Positions 1 to 10,600 of a stretch of DNA of 44,969 bases are shown here, piece after piece. The translations under genes were made by a program, and so were the position numbers. Location of the stretch: assembly GCA_002269645.1 (NCBI GenBank), contig NIVC01004462.1:1-44969 (forward strand), given 5' to 3'. The first letter of the stretch is position 1, and every line of letters begins with the position of its first letter. The notes under the pieces were generated by a model. It was given only the letters and a program-made list of their open reading frames with translations. It searched no databases and had not been told where the DNA came from. Source of the stretch: Macrostomum lignano. Lineage: Eukaryota.

Positions 1-147
1 AAAATTGCCCTGGCGTTTGGCCATATTTGGCCCGCTAATCTGGGCCAGTTCTGGGCTGCCACGTCAATTGCAAAATGTATACAAGCATTCGATCTCGCGA
101 ATTCGTTCTGTTCAAGCCGTTTTTATCGCTAGGGGTGGGGCTTGTTT

Positions 148-161
148 GTTACCTTGGCAAC
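148..161. promoter_or_regulatory. RFX X-box motif GTTACCTTGGCAAC
   Basis: 14-bp near-palindromic match to the RFX consensus GTTNCC-NN-GGNAAC. Target gene not identified. Confidence 0.55.
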
Positions 162-1174
162 GCTTGCTGGTGCCTGCCTCGGCTCAGTCGTGGACGGACT
201 GGTTTTATTGGAACCGAGGAAAGCGGCCTTATGTATCTGTCTTAGTCGCACAGGTTAACTCTGGGTTACACTGTCACTGTTTACACGCATTGCAGATTGT
301 GTAGAGTCGTTGCAGCTAACGCAGGTAGAATAAGAACTGACTCTAGACGACCAGTGACTCTAACCAGTGACTCAACAGTCTGTGACTCTGTGAAGTTGCT
401 AGAGTCACTACATAGTGAGCTGTTCTTGTCACGGTATCGCTTTCAACGGGGTGTGAATTTGGACCCAGGCAGGATGGTTGTTCAAAATTCAAAGTCAATA
501 AAATAGCAACTAGTACCCCACTCTTATGTGGCTGAGACTTTCCTGACGGACCTGACCTACAGACTCCATGTTTACAAATTACATGTACTTTATAATTTGA
601 CAATTGATAGAAAATCTTGGAGATCCCAAGAATCCCAATAACTATAAGATTATTGATTGACACTTTAAATGAACTATTGAAATATACGGAACTAACTTGG
701 GGGAAAAACAGGATTCGTGCACTTTTACATAAATCAAACCCTGAAAATAATGAAAAGTTTTAAGCTATTCATGTACGAATGTCATGTTTTTGGCTCCGAG
801 CCAACCATTCAAAAATCGTTTTATTGGTTCACAATTGCGCCAAAATAATGTGGCATCACTCCAGCCTTTTAAATATTGATACGAATTATGGATACATTTC
901 AGTCCATTGCCTCTGGTGCGTTTAGCTGATTTGAATTCGGCAGCATAACTACAGAAAAATGTTTGTTTTTGTTTGAAATATTCGCTTTATAGTAGCGAAA
1001 AATGGCATTGCGAATGTGCGACCCCAGATTGCATACGTGAACAAAATTGCCTGGGTCATGTGTACTGATTCACAGGAATGCACCGGTCGTGTTCGAGCAA
1101 TGAAAAAGGCAGGACCGCAACTCATGTGCACCCTGTGTGATATGTATACCTGCGTACAGTGTATTTGGATTCAA

Positions 1175-1831
1175 CAGCAGCTTGTTCATTCACAGTAGCT
1201 TATCCATTCACAGTAGCTTATCCATTCACAGTAGCTTATCCATTCACAATAGCTTATTCATTCACAGTAGCTTGTTCATTCACAGTAGCTTGTTCATTCA
1301 CAGTAGCTTGTTCATTCACAGTAGCTTGTTCATTCGCAGTAGCTTGTTCATTCACAGTAGCTTGTTCATTCGCAGTAGCTTATCCATTCACACTATAGCT
1401 TATCCATTCACACTAGCTTTTTAATTCACAATAGCTTACCCATTCACAGCAGCTTATCCATTCACACTAGTTTATCCATTCACATTAGCTTATCCTTTCA
1501 CACTATAGCTTATCCATTCACATTAGCTTATCCTTTCACACTATAGCTTATCCATTCACATTAGCTTATCCTTTCACACTATAGCTTATCCATTCACATT
1601 AGCTTATCCTTTCACACTATAGCTTATCCATTCACATTAGCTTATCCTTTCACACTATAGCTTATCCATTCACATTAGCTTATCCTTTCACACTATAGCT
1701 TATCCATTCACATTAGCTTATCCTTTCACACTATAGCTTATCCATTCACATTAGCTTATCCTTTCACACTATAGCTTATCCATTCACATTAGCTTATCCT
1801 TTCACACTATAGCTTATCCATTCACACTAGT
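1175..1831. repeat. Minisatellite: 18-bp unit (CACAGTAGCTTATCCATT) turning into a 38-bp dimeric unit (CACATTAGCTTATCCTTTCACACTATAGCTTATCCATT)
   Basis: Read directly; explains ORFs 1137..1424 and 1159..1398. Confidence 0.95.
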
Positions 1832-2045
1832 TAACCTCATAGGCTCGCTCGAACAAAAGATAAATAGAACCATATTTTTAGATAAAAAACTTTGCTTTCA
1901 TGAAATCCGCACTGTCTATGGCCCGAAATCAAGCACTTACATTGCTGATTTCAAATCGGCCGGTAAAATTAAATACTGATAAACAAGTCGTTGATGTCTT
2001 TTGTAGTTATACTCTGACGGCCCAAAGAAGTTGAAAATTTCATTA

Positions 2046-5000
2046 ATGCGTATTTATTGTTATAATTCAGGATTGCTAATCTACTCATTTCTGTTTCTAT
2101 TTACAATCATTCACGATTGCCGGTCATTGCCAAGCCGAAGTGTCACCACGGTGCGCCATTGGCACTGGCCGGGCCTTCAGACAGACTCGTGGCTGGCTCT
2201 GCCGGCTTGCGGAAACTCGACAGACAATGTGATCTGGTTTGATGGCGGTCGCAGGCGAAGAAAGAGGCTGAAATACTGGGCTGGCCGATTGTTTAACGGC
2301 TGTGCCGCTTACTACAGGTGAGGCGATTAGTTGTTACAGGTGAGGCAATTAGTTATTACAGGTGAGGCAATTATTTATTACAGATGAGGCAATTAGTTAC
2401 TACAGGTGAGGCAATTAGTTATTACAGGTGAGGCGATTAGTTATTACAGGTGAGGCGATTAGTTATTACAAGTGAGGCAATTAGTTATTACAGGTGAGGC
2501 GATTAGTTATTGCAAGTGAGGCAATTAGTTATTACAGGTTATTCTACAGCTACCGAGGGGGCGCCAGCTACAGAGGGGGTGCCAGCTTCAGAGGGGGGTG
2601 CCAGCTACAGAGGAGGGCGCCAGCTACAGAGGGGGTGCCAGCTACAAAGGGGGCGCCAGCTACAGAGGGGGTGCCAGCTACAGAAGGGGTGCCAGCTACA
2701 GAAGGGGGGTGCCAGCTACAGAGGGGGGTGCCAGCTACAGAGGGGGGCGCCAGCTACAGAGGGGCGTTCCAGCTACAGAGGGGGTGCCAGCTACAGAGGG
2801 GGTGCCAGCTACAGAGGGGGTGCCAGCTACAGAGGGGGTGCCAGCTACAGAGGGGGTGCCAGCTACAGAGGGGGGCGCCAGCTACAGAGGGGCGTTCCAG
2901 CTACAGAGGGGGGCGCCAGCTACAGAGGGGGGCGCCAGCTACAGAGGGGGGCGCCAGCTACAGAGGGGGGTGCCAGCTACAGAGGGGGTGCCAGCTACAG
3001 AGGGGGTGCCAGCTACAGAGGGGGTGCCAGCTACAGAGGGGGTGCCAGCTACAGAAGGGGGTGCCAGCTACAGAGGGGTGCCAGCTACAGAGGGGGTGCC
3101 AGCTACAGAAGGGGGTGCCAGCTACAGAGGGGGTGCCAGCTACAGAGGGGGTGCCAGCTACAGAGGGGTGCCAGCTACAGAGGGGGTGCCAGCTACAGAG
3201 GGGTGCCAGCTACAGAGGGGGGCGCCAGCTACAGAGGGGGTGCCAGCTACAGAGGGGGGGTGCCAGCTACAGAGGGGGTGCCAGCTACAGAGGGGGGTGC
3301 CAGCTACAGAGGGGGTGCCAGCTACAGAGGGGGTGCCAGCTACAGAGGGGGTGCCAGCTACAGAGGGGGTGCCAGCTACAGAGGGGGTGCCAGCTACAGA
3401 GGGGGTGCCAGCTACAGAGGGGGTGCCAGCTACAGAAGGGGGTGCCAGCTACAGAGGGGGTGCCAGCTACAGAGGGGGTGCCAGCTACAGAGGGGGTGCC
3501 AGCTACAGAGGGGGTGCCAGCTACAGAGGGGGGTGCCAGCTACAGAGGGGGGTGCCAGCTACAGAGGGGGTGCCAGCTACAGAAGGGGGTGCCAGCTACA
3601 GAGGGGGTGCCAGCTACAGAGGGGGGTGCCAGCTACAGAGGGGGTGCCAGCTACAGAGGGGGGTGCCAGCTACAGAGGGGGTCTTGTATTTTCATCAACA
3701 ATTCGCAGAATTGGAGACCGCCTACTGGTGCATCTGCGACCGCGGCTGCTCAACCACTGCGGAAATATCTATCAAGATCTTTCGCTGACCTGTCTGGTTG
3801 TGCGACACAGCTCAAAAGCTGCGATAAATGCTGCTAATCAGTTGATGAATCTGCACTCCTTGCAGCTGATTTATGATGACCGGTGCCCTCCAGGTACAGC
3901 TCGGGATCGGCTCGGACTTTGCAGGCGCTGCCGCCGTCGCCTCTTGCAACGTCGCAACCGTCACCGTCACCTCCGATTTCGCTTTGATGATGCCGACAGT
4001 CGCTTTGATCATTCCGACAGTCACTTTGATCATTCCGACAGTCGCTTTGATCATTCCAACAGTCGCTTTGATCATACCGACAGTCGCTTTGATCATTCCG
4101 ACAGTCGCTTTGATCATACCGACAGTCGCTTTGATCATGCCGACAGTCGCTTTGATCATTCCGACAGTCGCTTTGATCCTTCCGACAGTCGCTTTGATCA
4201 TACCGACAGTCGCTTTGATCATGCCGACAGTCGCTTTGATCATTCCGACAGTCGCTTTGATCCTTCCGACAGTCGCTTTGATCATTCCGACAGTCGCTTT
4301 GATCCTTCCGACAGTCGCTTTGATCCTTCCGACAGTCGCTTTGATTCTTCCGACAGTCGCTTTGATCATACCGACAGTCGCTTTGATCATTCCGACAGTC
4401 GCTTTGATCATGCCGACAGTCGCTTTGATCATTCCGACAGTCGCTTTGATCATACCGACAGTCGCTTTGATCATTCCGACAGTCGCTTTGATCATTCCGA
4501 CAGTCGCTTTGATCCTTCCGACAGTCGCTTTGATTCTTCCGACAGTCGCTTTGATCATTCCGACAGTCGCTTTGATCATGCCGACAGTCGCTTTGATCAT
4601 ACCGACGTTGGCACTGAGAAAGACGTAGGGGATTGCTGGCAGTCTACTTGGAACGCAGCCTCCTGCCCCATCTGTTACTATCCGCATATAAGTAATGCCT
4701 CCGATAGTCCAGCAGCTCCCGATAAACCAAACCGGTTGAGACCGGTGCTTCTGCGACGGTCACGCAGATCAGTGAACGCTAAGAAGCCGCTAGTATTGAG
4801 AACGTCTACCGGAAAGGTGTTTATTGACGCTTGTGTAACTATACGGAGTTGCTGGGCCAGACTCCTAATCCTCAGTTGCTGGGCCAGCCTCCCAGATCCT
4901 CAGTTGCTGAGCCAGCCTCCCAGATCCCCAGTTGCTGGGCCACCAACCTCCCAGATCCTCAGTTGCTGAGCCAGTCTCCCAGATCCTCAGTTGATGGGCC

Positions 5001-6880
5001 AGCCTCCCAGATCCTCAGTTGCTGGGCCAGCATCCCAGATCCCCAGTTGCTGGGCCAGCCTTTCAGATACTCAGTTGCTGGGCCAGCCTCCCAGATCCCC
5101 AGTTGCTGGGCCAGCCTTCCAATGCTTAGTTGCTGGGCCAGCCTCTCAGATCCTCAATTGCTGAGCCAGCCTCCCAGATCCTCATCAATTCCTGAGCCAG
5201 CCTCCTAGATCCTCAGTTGTTGGGCCAGCCTCCCAAATCCTCATCAGTTGTATGGCTAGCCTCCCAGATCCTCAGTTGCTGTGCCAGCCTCCCAATCCCC
5301 AGTTGTTGGGCCAGCCTCCCAGATCTCAGTTGCTGGGCCAGCCTTCCATCCCAATCCTCAGTTGCCGTGCCAGACTCCCACATTCTCAGTTGCCATGCCA
5401 GTCTCCCAGATCCTCAGTTGCTGGGCCACTTTACCATTTCAACCTTCGCGATCGCAGGTTCGGGTTGAGCAGCTGCGCTGCCCCAATCGCATATCGGTGG
5501 TGGCCAGCATCACTTGCCTGCTAGAGATGCAGAAGCCAATCCAGTGCGAGATGATCAGCCTGGTGGTGACGTCATTCACGCTAATCGCCTATCTGAGCAT
5601 GCCAATTTACGTTGGCTACGTGTTCATCCAGGTGCAGTCGGCGAGGTTCCTGCCGTTCCTCCAGTTTCATGTCTACCATCGGTCGGCGCTGCTGTGCTCC
5701 GCGATGCGAACCCAGGCCGTGTTCGCCTCTTCACTGTGGGACTTTGAGGTCTGCAGTTTCTGAGATACGGCTTTCATTTGAATGCGGGAATGCCACAAGA
5801 ACCCAGTCATGCAGGCGTGTCGCATGAATCAAACCCAAGGGTTCCAGGAATTTTCGATAATTGCTTGGGTCAAGCGCATTTATTGTTTGTCAGTCTTAGG
5901 GTAGGCGGCTAGAAAAATAAATGAGTTAGATAAATAGGTAGGTACCTGTAAACAGATAGGCAGATCAGCATAGTTTCGTAGGTAGGTAGGTAGGTAGGTA
6001 GGTAGGTAGGTAGGTAGGTAGGTAGGTAGGTAGGTAGGTAGGTAGGTAGGTAGGTAGGTAGGTAGGTAGGTAGGTAGGTAGGTAGGTAGATAGGTAGGTA
6101 GGTAGGTAGGTAGGTATAGGTAGGTAGGTAGGTATAGGTAGGTAGGTAGGTAGGTAGGTAGGTATAGGTAGGTAGGTAGGTAGGTAGGTAGGTAGGTATA
6201 GGTAGGTAGGTAGGTAGGTAGGTAGGTAGGTATAGGTAGGTAGGTAGGTAGGTAGGTATAGGTAGGTAGGTAGGTAGGTAGGTAGGTAGGTATAGGTAGG
6301 TAGGTAGGTAGGTAGGTATAGGTAGGTAGGTAGGTAGGTAGGTAGGTAGGTATAGGTAGGTAGGTAGGTAGGTAGGTAGATAGGTAGGTAGGTAGGTAGG
6401 TAGGTAGGTAGGTAGGTAGGTAGGTAGGTAGGTAGGTAGGTATGGGGGAGGCCGTTGCCTATTAGTGAACTGGAGCGGCGCTCTGATGTGCCAGCGGCCC
6501 AAGCTCGATTCCAAGTGTAGTCAAATTAATGATGTCTCGTGGCTTGGGTCTGTTCGTGCAATTAAGTCAACCCCAAGGCACAGTGAAGTGTACATCCTAA
6601 CGATAAATAATGTTAGTGCCGCTGTACACTCTTGTGTTAGTGTGTGCCTGCTAGGCGCTGACGCGGGGCTGACACATTGGATGACGCGAATCTCAGTTTC
6701 CATTCTCAAATCCCATATCTACCCGAACAAACTCCATCCAAATTGCAGGCCTTCCGCGAAGCTGAGAAGCGCCGCAGGCTGGTGCAGCAGGACATGAGCC
6801 AGCGGCACCACAAGTGCGATTTCAACAGGCGCGAGCTGTCCAACCTGTTCTTCTGGTACGGAGTGAAGGAGAACCAGTGA
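2046..6880 (+). CDS. Orphan signal-peptide + Cys-rich + heptad-repeat + TM protein; tentative exons 2046-2317, 3709-4816, 5458-5631 (or -5748 / stop at 5763), 6749-6880
   Basis: ATG 2046 opens MRIYCYNSGLLIYSFLFLFTIIHDCRS (signal-peptide-like). Junctions are phase-compatible: AG|GTGAG 2317 to TTCGCAG|A 3709 (phase 2); AAG|GTGTTT 4816 to TCGCAG|GTT 5458 (phase 0); CAG|GTGCAG 5631 or GAG|GTCTGC 5748 to TTGCAG|GCC 6749 (phase 0). Exons are GC3-rich, a hydrophobic segment reads ISLVVTSFTLIAYLSMPIYVGYVFI, and AATAAA lies at 6892-6897 after TGA 6880. Confidence 0.55.
2313..2538 (+). repeat. 22-bp tandem array (ACAGGTGAGGCAATTAGTTATT), ~10 copies, starting at the exon-1 donor
   Basis: Read directly; the first unit overlaps the donor ACAG|GTGAG at 2317/2318. 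Confidence 0.95.
2546..3682 (+). repeat. G-rich ~18-bp intronic minisatellite (GCCAGCTACAGAGGGGGT) with variable G-run length
   Basis: Read directly; about 60 copies; explains the repetitive parts of ORFs 2494..3837, 2510..4969 and 2598..3788. Confidence 0.95.
3985..4606 (+). repeat. 21-bp tandem repeat (CCGACAGTCGCTTTGATCATT), ~29 copies, probably exonic, encoding SRFD(H/P/S)(S/T/A)D
   Basis: Perfect 21-bp phase, no indels, open in the frame of the flanking Cys-rich coding sequence. Confidence 0.85.
4848..5428. repeat. ~28-bp intronic minisatellite (CAGTTGCTGGGCCAGCCTCCCAGATCCT)
   Basis: Read directly; fills proposed intron 4817-5457. Confidence 0.92.
5978..6442. repeat. (TAGG)n microsatellite with periodic TA interruptions
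   Basis: Read directly; explains ORF 5909..6514 (PTYL repeats). Confidence 0.97.
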
Positions 6881-7603
6881 CATTTTTTTCAAATAAATGT
6901 ACGGCACGTGTATTGATCAATCTATTGTCCGTGTAAGTGTCTTAAGTTTTTTTGTAATAAACAGAGTCACACCGAGAAACACGCATCTGCCCCGCGTAAA
7001 AAAATTGAAATTACTCCATTTTAAAGTGGAGCGTGATTGTATATGCAATACTTAGCTATAGAAAAAATCTTCAGAACGTTTTTGAGCAAACTGATGCTCT
7101 CGAAATTAATACCGTAAATCGTTTATTTTTTGTGACAAAATACAATTTACACGTTTACAAATAACAGGCAGGTAAAAAGTAAAATATTTCGTTAAATTTT
7201 ATTTCGCAACTAAAAAAGTCTTTGGAATGTCTTTCTATCATTGTTTAAATAATCATTTAAACAAATGAAGGCACTTAAACTTATAACTGCCGCAGAAAGC
7301 AAGGCTGTATATGTCAAATCAGTTTTTTAAAATATTTCTTGTCAATTTTTGCACTATAGCCTTTTACGGTTGTTTGTACAAGAGTTTAAACTAGTTTCAT
7401 TGTCGTTCATTGTAATTTCCGAGGTTTTTTATTTTTGTTAATATTTGCTAATATTTGTTTATAGGATTTATTGTTTTAGTTTTCATTTCCTTGAAAATTA
7501 TATTTTCGTAAACAGCCTTGACTAATGCTTGTCATATTATTTAATTTCATTGAAATAGTTGATATTTTAGTTAAAATTAATGAACAATTATTAAGCATAA
7601 TTA

Positions 7604-10600
7604 TCAGAAGCTGAGGCTCATCAGCAGCGCGGTGCCTCGCTTCACCCAGTGATCCGGCTGCTTCTCGCCGCTCTTCAAATCCACCGCCACCACGTAGGAG
7701 GCCCGGCCGCTGACTCCGGCTCGGTTAGGGAAGTAGTAGCACGGCGCGATGTACACGTCTGCGGGTGGAGGCGTTTGCGAGTATATAAGCTACTTGCTTA
7801 TTGACCTACTCAGAGTAGAAATGTGCACATTTGCGTCTGTATCTGCCGAGTCGGTTTGTAATATTGTCAGTAATTAATCTAATAATTATTTTAAATTTGA
7901 TGCTTGTAATGAGTAACGCTTGACTCTGATTGGTAGGGCAACCTTAGAGGAAACTTGGCCCCATTTCTGAGACCCAGAATTGGCGCTATTTCTGAGGAGA
8001 CCCCAAACAACTTGGCGCCATTTCTGAGACCCCAACTTGGCGCCATTTCTGAGGGGACTCCAAACAACTTGGCGCCATTTCTGAGGAGACCCCAAAAAAC
8101 TTGGCCCCATTTCTGAGACCCAGAATTGGCGCTATTTCTGAGGAGACTACAAACTATTTGGTGCCATTTCTGAGACCCCAGCTTGGCGCCATTTCTGAGG
8201 AGACCCCAACAACTTGGCGCCATTTCTGAGGAGACCCCAAACAACTTGGCGCCATTTCTGAGACCCCAACTTGGCGCCATTTCTGAGGAGAGTACAAACT
8301 ATTTGGCGCCATTTCTGAGACCCCAGCTTGGCGCCATTTCTGAGACCCCAGCTTGGCGCCATTTCTGAGGAGACCCCAACAACTTGGCGCCATTTCTGAG
8401 GAGACCCCAAACAACTTGGCGCCATTTCTGAGACCCCAACTTGGCGCCATTTCTGAGGAGAGTACAAACTATTTGGCGCCATTTCTGAGACCCCAGCTTG
8501 GCGCCATTTCTGAGACCCCAGCTTGGCGCCATTTCTGAGGAAACCCAAACAACTTGGCGCCATTTCTGAGGAGACCCCAAACAACTTGGCGCCATTTCTG
8601 AGACCCCAACTTGGCGCCATTTCTGAGGAGACTACAAACAACTTGGCGCCATTTCTGAGACCCCAGCTTGGCGCCATTTCTGAGGAGACTACAAACTATT
8701 TGGCGCCATTTCTGAGACCCCAGCTTGGCGCCATTTCTGAGACCCCAGCTTGGCGCCATTTCTGAGACCCCAGCTTGGCGCCATTTCTGAGGAGACCCCA
8801 ACAACTTGGCGCCATTTCTGAGGAGACCCCAAACAACTTGGCGCCATTTCTGAGACCCCAACTTGGCGCCATTTCTGAGGAGACTAAAAACTATTTGGCA
8901 CCATTTCTGAGACCCCAACTTTGCGCCGTTTCTAAAAAGACCCCAGCTTGGCGCCATTTCTTAGGAGACCTAAATTTGGCGCCAATTCTGGTACTCGAAT
9001 GGCGCCACTACCGAGGCGATCGAATCGCCCAACAAAATCAAAATGCTGCTTCAAGCACGAAGCTCACTCTTAGCCGTCTTCTTCTTGTTCTCCACCGGCC
9101 TGAACAGGATGGTGGGCATCTCGCACTCCAGCTGCATGGGGTTCGCCTCGATCAGGCAGCACTGCTTCTTGTCCCAGCCGGCGCCCTCCAAGTAGAGCCC
9201 CTTGACGTAGACGCCGTCTCTAGCCGCCTCGGGGATGCTGGAATCGTCGATGGTCTGCACAGTGAACTCCCAGCTGAGCGAATCGACGCTCACGTTGTTC
9301 TGCCGGGCGGACTTCTGCTGGACAGCCGTCAGGAAGCCTGTCGGCAGGCTGAACCCGGAGATCCAGTAGATCTTCGGCGGGTGCGTTGTCGTGGCCCATT
9401 CCTGGAATTGCTCCACCCGCTTCAACAGGTCCCGAGTCCACGAGGCGAGCGGCTTCATTGATGGATAGGTGCGCTCCCAGAGCGATGGCACTCGGGTGTC
9501 GTAGATTGCCTGTGGGTTGGCGGCAAGGACATCGGTAGCCACATGCGGCTTTTATGGGCGACTTTTTCCTCTGTAAAGTCTCTGTTATTGTCTGTTTCCT
9601 CTGTTTCCTCTGTTATTGTCTGCCTGTCCTACTGCCCGTCTGTCTAAATGTCTGCCTGTCTGAATGTCTGCCTGTCTGAATGTCTGCCTGTCTAAATGTC
9701 TGCCTGTCTGAGGGTCTGCCTCTCTGAATGTCTGCCTGTCTGAATATTTGCCTGTCTGAATATTTGCCTGTCTAAATGTCTGCCTGTCTAAATGCCTGCC
9801 TGTCTAAATGTCTGCCTGTCTGCCTGTCTGCCTGTCTAAATGTCTGCCTGTCTAAATGTCCGCCTGTCTAAATGTCTGCCTGTCTAAATGTCTGCCTGTC
9901 TAAATGTCCGCCTGTCTGAATGTCTGCCTGTCTGAATATTTGCCTGTCTAAATGTCCGCATGTCTAAATTTCTGCCTCTGAATGTCTGACTGTCTATTTG
10001 TCTACGTATCTTTCTTAGAGTCCATCTGTGCTACTGTACGCCTGTCTTAGTGTCTATTTTAGTGTCTGGTTTGTGTCTGTCTGAGTGCCTGCCTGCAACT
10101 CTTACCAGGAAGATCTGCTCCAGATCGGAGCTCATCACAACCAGACCCTGGATGCCCTTGTCCAGGTCGGTGAGGTTGCTCCTGATCAAGTTCAGCAGGG
10201 CGTTGTAACGCTCGATCTCTTGCAGCAGCACCACGTTCAGCGGGTTGGGGTCCTGCTGCATCAGCTTCGCCGTTGCCTCGTAGTCGATGTTCTCCGGCAG
10301 CTGCTTGTAGATGTTCCTGGCCAGTTCCAGCACTTTGTCTTCGCGCGACTCGCCCGCGCCGCCAGAGGTGACCTGCGGCACCAACGAGAGCAGAGTGCCG
10401 AAGAACAGGCGAGTCTCCTGAATCTGCGAGCTGATGTCCGCGTTGGGGTGCTGGCCGAAAGCCTCCGGGTGGTCGATGTTGGGCAGCATGCTGACGTACT
10501 CGCGGTAGGAGGCTAGCGAGCCGTCCCGCGGCACGTAGTAGTGCGGCAGAGAGGAGAACTTATAAAATGGCGTCGTGATGACGTCCTCGTTGAAGTAGTT

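Noticed and set aside
2494-3837. Long ORFs (447, 819, 396 aa) with ATEG/GGASYR/CQLQR repeats
   Set aside because: Open frames arise from a stop-free minisatellite with G-run indels that swap frames; it lies inside a well-defined intron.
3812-4687. Antisense ORF (VGMIKAT)n and alternative frame (PTVALII)n
   Set aside because: By-products of the stop-free 21-bp unit; only the SRFDHSD frame is continuous with phase-compatible flanking exons.
5909-6514. 201-aa PTYL-repeat ORF and possible telomeric tract
   Set aside because: Translation of (CCTA)n; the unit is TAGG, not TTAGGG, and it is interstitial.
7886-8957. CRISPR-like repeat-spacer pattern and many ORFs
   Set aside because: The spacers are variants of one another, not unique; there are no cas genes; the context is a eukaryotic intron.
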